64,000 nucleotides of DNA from Obrimoposthia wandeli. Lineage: Eukaryota. How positions within the stretch are numbered: the first letter of the stretch is position 1; every line of letters starts with the position of its first letter. Location: the NCBI GenBank assembly GCA_977020255.1, contig CDROCS010005962.1, positions 62,001 to 126,000 of the forward strand, written 5' to 3'. Below, piece after piece: positions 42,301-51,928 of the stretch. The position numbers and the translations under genes are program-made. The notes under the pieces were generated by a model that saw only the letters and a list, made by a program, of their open reading frames with translations, ran no database searches and was not told the origin of the DNA.

Positions 42301-45300
42301 GATAATTTCAATGGTGCTGTGCCCGTTATTTCTTACACAGTTACCGATGGGGCTGGTGATACTGACATTTCTACATTAACGATTGCCGTGACACCTGTAT
42401 CTGATCTTACTGATGATACAGAAGATAACCTGTTTCAGGAACGTGTTGGCAAACGCAAATACCGCTGAAACGGTGACGAACTTTACCGTTGAAAGCAATA
42501 GCTGCAGGTGATACCGTATCGGTCACCCATTAATGCGGATGGTACTTATACATTCACTCCTAATGATAATTTCAATGGCACGATCCCAGTGATTTCCTAC
42601 ACGGTTACCGATGGGGCTGGTGATACTGACATTTCTACATTAACGATTGCCGTGACACCTGTATCTGATCTTACTGATGGCAATGAGTCAGTTACCACGA
42701 CAGAAGATAATCCTGTTTCAGGGAACGTGTTGGTAAACGCAAATACCGCTGATGGTCCGCTAACGAACTTTACGGTTGAAGGTAATACACAATGCCGGTA
42801 GGTTACGAATTAACGCGGATGGTAGTTATACACACCAAGCGATAATTTCAATGGTGCTGTGCCCGTTATTGGTTGACGGTGCCGGTGATACTGACATACG
42901 TTAACCATTGCCGTGACACCTGGATTCTAACTGATGGCGATGAGTCTGTCACGACGACAGAAGATAATCCTGTTTCAGGAATGTCTTAGCGAATGGGTTG
43001 ATGGTGGTGACCAACTTTACAGCACGGTTACAGGTGGTGAATTAACCGGATGGTACTTATACCTTCGGTATGGCGCTTGGTGACTGATGATACCGATTTC
43101 GACCTTAACGATTGCAGGATCGGTTACGCCTGTTGCAGGCAATGCATTGGCAAACGCAAATACCGCTGATGGTCTATTACCTTTAAAGGAATACTGGTGG
43201 TGATACCGTATCGGTCACCGCTGGTGAGTTAACCATCAATGCCGATGGTGCGGGTGATACCGACATTTCGACCTTAACGATTGCCGTGACACCTGTATCT
43301 GATCTTACTGATGGCAATGAGTCAGTTACCACGACAGAAGATAATCCTGTTTCAGGGAACGTGTTGGCAAACGCAAATACCGCTGATGGCCCGCTAACGG
43401 TGACGAACTTTACGGTTGAAGGCAATACTTATGCTGCAGGTGATACCGTATCAGTCACGGGTGGTGAATTAACCATTAATGCGGATGGTAGTTATACCTT
43501 TACACCAAATGATAACTTTAATGGTGCTGTGCCAGTGATTTCTTACACGGTTACCGACGGTGCCAGGTGATACACATTTCTACGTTAACCATTGCCGTGA
43601 CACCAGTATCTGATCTTATAATGAGTCAGTTACCACGACAGACCTGTTTCAGGAACGTGTTGGCGAACGCAAATACCGATGGCGCTAGGTGACGAACTTT
43701 ACCGTTGAAGGCAATACTTATGTGCAGGTGATACCGTATCGGTTACGGGTGGTGAGCTAACTATCAACGCGGACGGTGATAGGTGCTGTGCCAGTGATTT
43801 CTTACACAGTTACCGATGGTGCTGGTGATACTGACATTTCTACGTTAACGATTGCGGTGACACCAGTATCTGATCTTACGGATGGCAATGAGTCAGTTAC
43901 TGTTTCTGTTGGTAAATGCAAATTATGACGAACGCAAGTGTTACTTATCCCAGTGACTTATGCAGAATACTGACAACGAACCATTGCTGTGACACCCACG
44001 TCAGATCTAACAGACGGCGATGAGTCAGTAACACGACAGAAGATACGCCTCGGTTGCCACGGTCAAGGTAATGACAGCTATCAATGCCTTATACCTGGTG
44101 ATATATACTGACGAATTGCCGTGTTACGGGCGGTAATAAAGTCACCACGACAGAAGATAATCCTGTTTCAGGTAATGTAGCGAATGCTTCTAACCTTTTA
44201 CAAGGTGCTGGTACTGGTGATACCAAACAATATGGTACTTATACCTTCACACCAAACAATAATTTCAATGGCACGGTTCCTGTTATTTCTTATACCGTTA
44301 CAGACGGTGCCGATGATACTGATATTTCAACTTTATCGATAACCGTAGAACCTGTAAATGCTCCACCTGTTGCAGCTAATGATAGCTTCTTTGTTGAAGA
44401 AGGCGGCACAATCAGTGGCAATATCATCACACATGATGATGGTGATGGAATAGTTGATTTCGATGGCGGTGATGGTGCGGCACTTGTAGTTACACATATT
44501 AATGGTCAAGAACTTGTCTTTAATACAGCCGGCTTTGCCATTATAAATGTCGACGGCGGAACTCTAAGTGTGAATGCCAATGGTGATTTCACTTATCAAA
44601 ATAGTGATGGTTTTGTTCTAGGTACAGACTATCCAAGCTTTGAATACACGCTAAGTGATGGTATCGATAGTGATAATGCCACTGTTACCATTGCTGTAGA
44701 TGACTCAGCTCCTGATGCTATCGATGATAACAACTCCATTACCTATAGGGTGATCAGAGGTATCACAACGAGTGCTTTTGCTTCAGGGAATATCATAAGC
44801 GATGGCAGTAGTGGTGATGGGGCAGATGAACCAGGAGACGGTAATATTACCCTGACTCAGTTCGTGCTTGGTGGTGTAGTTTATTTATTTGATAGTAGTA
44901 CTACATCTTATGAAATAGATACTGGTTATGGTATTTTTAAGATGGATAATACCGGATTATATAGCTTTAAATTGCCATTTATGACTGATGCTAATAGTGT
45001 CCCTCCGTCATTAGAAGTTTCTTACACTATTCAAGATGATGATGCTGTTAATCCTGAAACAGATAATGCCACTTTAACGATCACCTTTAATAATACTACT
45101 GTTACAACAACCTCGAGCTTATCAGATGGTGAACTTATTGATTTATCTTATAGCGAGGCAGCGACGGAGATAAATTCAATTGATGAATATGTTAACCCTG
45201 CAATGGAATATAACTTGAGTGATCTTTTAGTGGATAACAACAATGAAAGTTTTGAAGACTCCATATTGTTCAATGAACTTTCACAAGAAACAGAGTTTAC

Positions 45301-45478
45301 CGACGTGGTTATCGATGAAAGTTTAAGCTTAGAGAGTATTGAACAAGTTGATGCAGCACAGTCTAATGAAACAGTAGTGAATAATAGTTTCTTAGACAAG
45401 GGAGTAACATTGATCAGTGATGCATCAGCAGAGGTTGTACCACTGCCTATTGAACTCGACTCTACAGACCATATATAG
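39382..45478 (+). CDS. LapA/BpfA-type large repetitive T1SS adhesin (frame broken in repeat array)
   Basis: N-terminal retention-module-like region with PETAAG, ~15 Ig/cadherin-like 104-aa repeats, and an acidic C-terminal segment open from ~44230; directly upstream of T1SS genes. Confidence 0.88.
39940..44350 (+). repeat. Tandem 312-bp (104-aa) coding repeat array
   Basis: Equivalent GAT codons at 40231, 40543, 40855, 41155, 41467, 41779, 42091, 42403, then at irregular spacing (42667, ~42923, 43301, 43612, 43872, 44004). Confidence 0.95.
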
Positions 45479-45576
45479 TTAGTCCGATAAAGTTTGTAAT
45501 AATTACAATAATCTAATGATGTAGTATTTATATATTCATCATTAGACCGTCGTTTGTTTAAGGGATCAAATATTTC

Positions 45577-47751
45577 GTGCAACCAACAGAACAACAATCA
45601 ACACAATGGACAATTAACGCTGGGCAAAAGTTAAGTTCAGACCCTTTATTAGATAGCTTGGTGTTACTTACTGAGCATTTTGGTAATCCTTGCTCTGCTG
45701 ATGCGCTTTCTGCTGGATTGCCGCTAACCGGAGCAAACTTAACACCCGAGTTATTACCTCAAGCAGCTTCTCGTGCAGGATTGAGCGCAAAGTTAGTACG
45801 TAAGGGCTTGAACGAATTACCGTCAATGCTATTGCCTTGCATACTGATGTTAAAAAATAAAAAAGCTTTAGTATTACAAGAACTTGATATTGAAAATAAT
45901 AAAGCCATCGTTTCTTTACCTGAAACTGGCGGAGAAGAACAACTGTCGATAGAAGAGCTAGAATCAAATTTTGTTGGTTATTTGTTTTTAATAAAGCAGC
46001 AATATCGAGGTGACAGAAATTTTGACGTTCATCTTGATAATGCTAAAGAGCATTGGTTATGGCAGAAAATTAAGAATACTTCTTCTATTTACAGAGATGT
46101 TATTATTGCCTCAGTAATGATCAATATTTTTGCACTAGTCTCACCACTTTTTGTCATGAATATTTATGACAAGGTTGTACCTAACCTAGCCTTTGAATCA
46201 CTATGGGTACTTGCGATAGGCGCAGGAATTGCGTACATATTTGATTTAATATTAAAGCAACTGCGTGGTTACTTGATTGATGTCGCGGGTAAAAAAATTG
46301 ATATCGAAGTTTCTTCAAAACTTTTTGCTAAAGTCATTGGTATGCCATTAGAAAAACGTTCGCCAAGTGTTGGTGGTATGGCAAAGCAGCTTGGTGAATT
46401 TGATAGTATCAGAGAATTTTTGTCATCGGCAACCATCAGTGCTTTAGTTGATTTACCTTTTGCGATACTTTTTATGTTTTGTATTTGGCTTGTGGCCGGT
46501 GATCTCGTTATTTTTCCCATTATTGCCTCAATACTTATCATTAGTTATACGCTGTTAAATCAATCTAAATTACGCAAAGCCATTGAAGAAAGTAACAAAT
46601 TTTCAAGTTTAAGGCACGGTCATTTAATTGAATGCTTAAGCGCGTTAGAGTCAATTAAAGCTAATGGCGCGGAAGGTGTTGTGCAAAACGCATGGCAACA
46701 AATGGTAGGTCACACCTCTACATGGCTACTCAAGTCTAAAGTTATTACTAATTCCGTATTAAATTTTGCCAACTTCATCGTACAAATATCGGTAGTTGCT
46801 GTTGTGGTATTAGGGGTTTATCGCGTATCAGATAACTTAATTTCTATGGGTGGAATTATTGCTGCGGTCATGCTAACAGGCCGTGCTATTTCTCCTATTG
46901 CCAAGCTTGCGGGCTTAATGACACGATCTAATCAAACGCTAAGTGCGTTAAAACAACTCGATACCTTAATGGAGCAAGAAGGTGAGTTTGAAGATAAAGC
47001 TCATTTAGCCAGTAGAACAAAATTATCGGGAAGTATATATGCCGATAACATCAGTTTTAGATACCCTAATGCTAGTGCCGACTCTTTGCAGCCAATGTCA
47101 GTTAATATCAAACAAGGCGAAAGGATCGCTATTGTCGGTCATAATGGCTCCGGTAAAACCACACTCGCAAAATTATTACTTGGTCTTTATCAACCAAGCA
47201 AAGGCAACATACAATTTGATGGTTTGAATCATCAACAAATTCACCCAAGTGATTTGCGAAAAAATATTGGTTATCTCCCACAAGATATTATTTTATTTCA
47301 TGGTACTATCCGTGACAATATTCTTTTTGGTACTCGACAAGTTACTGAATATCAACTTATTAGAGCGGTTCAGCTTTCTGGTGTTAGTGCTTTTACAGAT
47401 CATAATAGTCAAGGACTGGATCAACAAGTAGGTGAAAGTGGTAGTGCATTATCCCGTGGTCAAAGGCAATCTATCGTTTTAGCTCGCGCAATACTGAATT
47501 CACCACAAATATTACTATTAGATGAACCAACGGCAAGTCTTGATGCGCGTGCTGAAAAGCAATTTATTGCCTCAATTAATGCGACAGCGAAAGATCGTAC
47601 TATGTTATTAATTACCCATAAAATGGATTTATTAAAGTTGGTTGATCGTATTCTGGTATTAGATAAAGGTAAATTAATTATCGATGGTCCAAAAGATAAA
47701 GTGCTAGCGCAATTAAAAGGTGGAAAATTTAATCAAGAGACAAGTTCATGA
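45577..47751 (+). CDS. Type I secretion permease/ATPase (LapB/LssB family, C39-like N-domain)
   Basis: FALVSPLFVMNIYDKV, GHNGSGKT, LSRGQRQ, LLLDEPT motifs. Confidence 0.95.
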   Translation: MQPTEQQSTQWTINAGQKLSSDPLLDSLVLLTEHFGNPCSADALSAGLPLTGANLTPELLPQAASRAGLSAKLVRKGLNELPSMLLPCILMLKNKKALVLQELDIENNKAIVSLPETGGEEQLSIEELESNFVGYLFLIKQQYRGDRNFDVHLDNAKEHWLWQKIKNTSSIYRDVIIASVMINIFALVSPLFVMNIYDKVVPNLAFESLWVLAIGAGIAYIFDLILKQLRGYLIDVAGKKIDIEVSSKLFAKVIGMPLEKRSPSVGGMAKQLGEFDSIREFLSSATISALVDLPFAILFMFCIWLVAGDLVIFPIIASILIISYTLLNQSKLRKAIEESNKFSSLRHGHLIECLSALESIKANGAEGVVQNAWQQMVGHTSTWLLKSKVITNSVLNFANFIVQISVVAVVVLGVYRVSDNLISMGGIIAAVMLTGRAISPIAKLAGLMTRSNQTLSALKQLDTLMEQEGEFEDKAHLASRTKLSGSIYADNISFRYPNASADSLQPMSVNIKQGERIAIVGHNGSGKTTLAKLLLGLYQPSKGNIQFDGLNHQQIHPSDLRKNIGYLPQDIILFHGTIRDNILFGTRQVTEYQLIRAVQLSGVSAFTDHNSQGLDQQVGESGSALSRGQRQSIVLARAILNSPQILLLDEPTASLDARAEKQFIASINATAKDRTMLLITHKMDLLKLVDRILVLDKGKLIIDGPKDKVLAQLKGGKFNQETSS

Positions 47752-49121
47752 AAGTTAGTCAACAAGACCTAGAAATGGCCGATGATGTTTATGGTGCCAT
47801 GTTAACCGAAGTACCTAGTTTACATCGATTAACTATTTGGGCAATGGCCGGATTACTTTTTTGTTTTCTTGTTTGGTCTTATTTTGCTGCCTTACAACAA
47901 GTTACTTCTGGTATGGGGAAAGTCATTCCCTCTACTCAGGTACAAATTATTCAAAGTTTAGATGGTGGTGTCTTACAAAAATTATTTGTTCAAGAAGGAA
48001 TGCAAGTTGTTAAAGGTCAGCCAATTGCCAGTATTGATGACACACGTTTTAGATCTGACTTTGCAGAACAAAAACAAGAGGTTAGTAGTCTTAGAGCAAA
48101 TGTCATTCGTTTAAGAGCCGAACTCTCAAGTATTTTGATCGGTAGTAACGAACAATGGCAACGTCAGATAGAAATTAATAAGAAAGTGCCTATTTATCCT
48201 GAAGATCTTCAAATAAATGCGCAATTTATGGTTGAAAGACAGCAAGAAGAATATGCCGGACGATTAGAAAATCTGATTAACCAACTTGCCATTCAGGGAC
48301 AACAAATTCAGCAAAGAGAGCAAGAAGTTGCTGAATTAGACTCGAAAATAAACACGTTAAAAATAAGTTATCAAATAGCAAACAAAGAGCTCGACCTGAC
48401 ATTGCCACTTGCAGAAAAAAATATTGTTTCTAAAATAGAACTCTACAAATTGGAGCGCAGTGTAAATGAACTCAAAGGTGAGTTAAGTGCAGTACGATTA
48501 TTACTGCCTAAGTTGAAGTCCGCCTTACAAGAGTCAATATTAAATCGTCGAGAAACCGCACTTGCCTATAGAACAGAAGCAAGATCAGAGCTTAACGAAT
48601 TACAAAATAAGCTCTCACGTATTAATGAATCACAGGTTGGCGCGCAAGACAAAGTCACTAAAGCGCTTATATTATCGCCCGTCGTAGGCACTATAAAAAC
48701 CATACATATTAATACCTTGGGTGGTGTAGTAAAACCAGGGGAAACAATAGCTGAAATTGTGCCAACAGAAGATAAACTGATGGTCGAAGCAAAAATAAAA
48801 CCAAGAGACATCGCTTTTATTTATCCTGGCTTACCTGCAATTGTCAAAATAACCGCCTACGACTTTACACGTTATGGTGGGCTCACTGGGAAAGTTGAAC
48901 ATATTAGTGCAGATACAACGCAAGACGAAGACGGAAATAGTTTTTATCTTATTCGAGTACGCACCGATGACTCTAGCATTAAAAATAAAAATGGACAGGA
49001 AATGCCGATTATTCCCGGAATGCTAACAGAAGTTGATGTTATCACGGGTAAACGCACCATTTTAGAATATATATTAAACCCGATATTACGGGCGAATGAA
49101 GCTGCACTCAGGGAAAGATAA
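47748..49121 (+). CDS. HlyD-family T1SS membrane fusion protein
   Basis: GKVIPSTQVQIIQSLDGG, SPVVGTIK, AYDFTRYGGL, IIPGM motifs. Confidence 0.95.
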   Translation: MKVSQQDLEMADDVYGAMLTEVPSLHRLTIWAMAGLLFCFLVWSYFAALQQVTSGMGKVIPSTQVQIIQSLDGGVLQKLFVQEGMQVVKGQPIASIDDTRFRSDFAEQKQEVSSLRANVIRLRAELSSILIGSNEQWQRQIEINKKVPIYPEDLQINAQFMVERQQEEYAGRLENLINQLAIQGQQIQQREQEVAELDSKINTLKISYQIANKELDLTLPLAEKNIVSKIELYKLERSVNELKGELSAVRLLLPKLKSALQESILNRRETALAYRTEARSELNELQNKLSRINESQVGAQDKVTKALILSPVVGTIKTIHINTLGGVVKPGETIAEIVPTEDKLMVEAKIKPRDIAFIYPGLPAIVKITAYDFTRYGGLTGKVEHISADTTQDEDGNSFYLIRVRTDDSSIKNKNGQEMPIIPGMLTEVDVITGKRTILEYILNPILRANEAALRER

Positions 49122-49163
49122 AGCCTTGTTAATAATAACAAATAATAGCAACATGGAATTTTT

Positions 49164-50570
49164 ATGAATAATATTATGTTTAACTTAAATAAAATAACAA
49201 TAGTTGGACTTTTAGGTTTATCTACATTGCACTCGGCTCATAGTCATGCTCAAAGTTTAGAAGCTGCAGTAGCACAAGCGCTTGATACTCATCCTAATAT
49301 TCGTCAAGCATTTGCGCGCTTTAAATCTAAAGAAGAAGATGTTAATCGTGCTTCAGCTGGATATTTACCGACGGTGGATTTAACCGCGGGTTATGGTTAT
49401 GAATATACAGATACGCCGGGCAATCGAAGAAATGCAATTAATGGCGATGACGGCGAAACTGAATTAGCGCGTGGTGAGTTTGGTATTAGTATTAAACAAA
49501 TTCTTTTCGATGGCATGTACACTAGTAATGAAATTGATAGAACTAAGTTTGAAGCAAGTGCTGAACAATGGACACTAATTGCCAGCGCTGAAGATTTAGC
49601 TTTAGAAGTGGCGAAAGCCTATCTTAATTTTATAAAAACAGCGGAGCTTGTAACATTATCTGAAAAAAATATTGAATCGCATCGTGCTATATATTTGCAA
49701 ATAAAAGAACGTACCGATTCTGGCTTAGGTAATATTGCTGACTTGTCTCAAGTTACAGGACGACTAGCGCGTGCACAGTCAAACATGATTTCAGCACGTA
49801 ATAATCACCTCGATGCTAGAACGCAATTTATTCGTTTAACAAATACTCAGCCTGATGATTTAGTATTACCAGTGCCAGACGCTAATATGCTACCTAAAGA
49901 TAAACAGGTCGGATTAAGTTTAGCTATAGAAAGCCACCCAGTTATAAGGTCTGCTCAACAAGATATAAAAGCAGCACGTTCATTTAAAAAATCTACCAAA
50001 GCTAGTTATTACCCAACACTGTCGTTAGAATTAGCGGCAAACTCTGATAATGATATTGCCGGGGAAAGTGGTCTTAACCGCTTAGGTGCTAATGTAGGTG
50101 GTCATCGAAATGACGCAACGGCTATGTTGCGCCTGCGTTATAACTTTTTCTCTGGTGGCAAAGACATCGCTTCAGAAAAAAGTGCGGCGTATAAAGTATC
50201 TGAAGCGCAAGAAATTAATTACAATGCCCATCGTCAAGTTACCGAAAGTTATGGACTTGCCTGGAATGCGTTTGAAATGCTTGCCTTACAGAAAACGTAT
50301 ATAAAGCAGCACATTATTACTTCTAAAGATACACAAACCGCTTACAAACAGCAATTTGACATTGGTCAGAGAAACTTACTTGATTTACTCGATACCGAAA
50401 ACGAACTGTTTCAAGCCCGTAAAGATTATCTCGATGCAGATTTTAATGAATTGAGCGCCCAATACCGTTTATTAAATGTGACAGGGCAGTTGCTTGACTC
50501 ATTAAGAGTTACACGTTCAAGTGCTTGGCAAGGTGAACATGAATATGAAGAAGGAGCTTACAATGAATAA
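49164..50570 (+). CDS. TolC-family T1SS outer membrane protein (LapE/AggA-like)
   Basis: Signal peptide, AGYLPTVDL, QQFDIGQRNLLDLLDTENE motifs. Confidence 0.93.
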   Translation: MNNIMFNLNKITIVGLLGLSTLHSAHSHAQSLEAAVAQALDTHPNIRQAFARFKSKEEDVNRASAGYLPTVDLTAGYGYEYTDTPGNRRNAINGDDGETELARGEFGISIKQILFDGMYTSNEIDRTKFEASAEQWTLIASAEDLALEVAKAYLNFIKTAELVTLSEKNIESHRAIYLQIKERTDSGLGNIADLSQVTGRLARAQSNMISARNNHLDARTQFIRLTNTQPDDLVLPVPDANMLPKDKQVGLSLAIESHPVIRSAQQDIKAARSFKKSTKASYYPTLSLELAANSDNDIAGESGLNRLGANVGGHRNDATAMLRLRYNFFSGGKDIASEKSAAYKVSEAQEINYNAHRQVTESYGLAWNAFEMLALQKTYIKQHIITSKDTQTAYKQQFDIGQRNLLDLLDTENELFQARKDYLDADFNELSAQYRLLNVTGQLLDSLRVTRSSAWQGEHEYEEGAYNE

Positions 50571-51201
50571 ATCATCTGGTTTTGTTCTCGTCCCTGCGAT
50601 TAAGTACCTATTGGTTACCGCAGGTGTTTTATTAATGACGGCTTGTGCAGATAGTCGTATTGTTACATTAGAAACTTCTGTAAAACAGTTACAAAATTTG
50701 AGCGATAATGATCGTGACGGTGTCGTCAAAGCGCGTGAAAAATGTGAAAAAACGACGTTTGGTGCTGCTATCGATAACGATGGCTGTGGCACGCAAACCT
50801 CTGTTATAAAGCCATTTAAGATAAAAGTAAATTTTGAAAACAACTCCGCTGAAGTGCCACTTACCGCCATCACCGAAATTCAAGCATTAGCAGAATTTCT
50901 TGCAATGTATCCTGAAATTACGCTCGTGATTGAAGGGCACAGCAGCACAATAGGCTCGGCTAAGTTCAATAAAAAACTGTCAAGTGAGCGTGCTAAGTCA
51001 GTAGCCTCTATGCTAGTTAACGACTTTCATATTGATCAAAGCCGTATATCTTCTATTGGTTATGGCTTTGAACGTTTGGCCGTTACAGGTGAAAGCGAGC
51101 AAGCACATGCAAAAAACCGTCGTATAGTAGCCGAGATATCGCATACCGAGAACATTGATGATCTCAAATGGACCATTTACACCGTAGATCTAACTAATTA
51201 G
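50563..51201 (+). CDS. OmpA-family lipoprotein
   Basis: AAGGAG RBS, lipobox MTAC, DNDRDGV, IEGHS, LSSERA, GYG, NRR motifs. Confidence 0.88.
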   Translation: MNKSSGFVLVPAIKYLLVTAGVLLMTACADSRIVTLETSVKQLQNLSDNDRDGVVKAREKCEKTTFGAAIDNDGCGTQTSVIKPFKIKVNFENNSAEVPLTAITEIQALAEFLAMYPEITLVIEGHSSTIGSAKFNKKLSSERAKSVASMLVNDFHIDQSRISSIGYGFERLAVTGESEQAHAKNRRIVAEISHTENIDDLKWTIYTVDLTN

Positions 51202-51207
51202 CGGTTT

Positions 51208-51924
51208 ATGAGTAGCATTAAAAAAAATATTTTTTTTCGGTGGTTTATAACAAAAGCCACGCAAATACTACTCATCAGTTTATTGTGTTTATCTGCTATT
51301 TTTGCACAATCTTTGTTACCGCTAGATGAAAAAAAAATCATCAGCTCACTTGAAGAAAGTTATGGTCAAAGAGCAGGGCAAAGAGGTAAAGCATGGTTCA
51401 AGTTAATGCAACCCAAAATAGAACATTCTGAACTAGAAAAATTAAAACAAGTTAATCAGTTCTTTAATACCTTTAGGTTTATTGATGACAGTAAGCTTTG
51501 GGGGGTTAGCAATTATTGGGCGACCCCACTTGAATTTATCGGTGTTAACGGTGGAGATTGTGAAGATTATTCTATTGCAAAATATTTTACGTTACTTGAA
51601 CTGGGTATCACGGATGAAAAATTGAGGATCACTATGGTTAAAGCGGTCACATTGAATCAATATCATATGGTACTTGCTTATTACGATACTCCCAGTGCTA
51701 TGCCGCTGATACTGGATAATCTTGACGGTGTTATAAAACCTGCCAGTGAGCGTAATGATCTCATTCCCGTTTATAGTTTTAATGCCAGCCAGTTGTGGCT
51801 TAATAAAGAGAAAGGGCGAGGAATTTTGAGTGGAAACTCATCAAAGCTTAAACTTTGGCGTGACTTAAGACAACGTATAACGACTTCAAAACTTAAACAA
51901 CCTAAAATAAAAATGGAGTTTTAA
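51208..51924 (+). CDS. lapG: LapG periplasmic cysteine protease (transglutaminase-like)
   Basis: YWATPLEF, GDCEDYSIAKY, HMVLAYY, LILDNL (Cys-His-Asp triad). Confidence 0.92.
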   Translation: MSSIKKNIFFRWFITKATQILLISLLCLSAIFAQSLLPLDEKKIISSLEESYGQRAGQRGKAWFKLMQPKIEHSELEKLKQVNQFFNTFRFIDDSKLWGVSNYWATPLEFIGVNGGDCEDYSIAKYFTLLELGITDEKLRITMVKAVTLNQYHMVLAYYDTPSAMPLILDNLDGVIKPASERNDLIPVYSFNASQLWLNKEKGRGILSGNSSKLKLWRDLRQRITTSKLKQPKIKMEF

Positions 51925-51928
51925 GAAC

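Noticed and set aside
39940-44350. Repeat array as CRISPR or non-coding satellite
   Set aside because: The 312-bp period is a multiple of 3 and encodes Ig-like protein domains.
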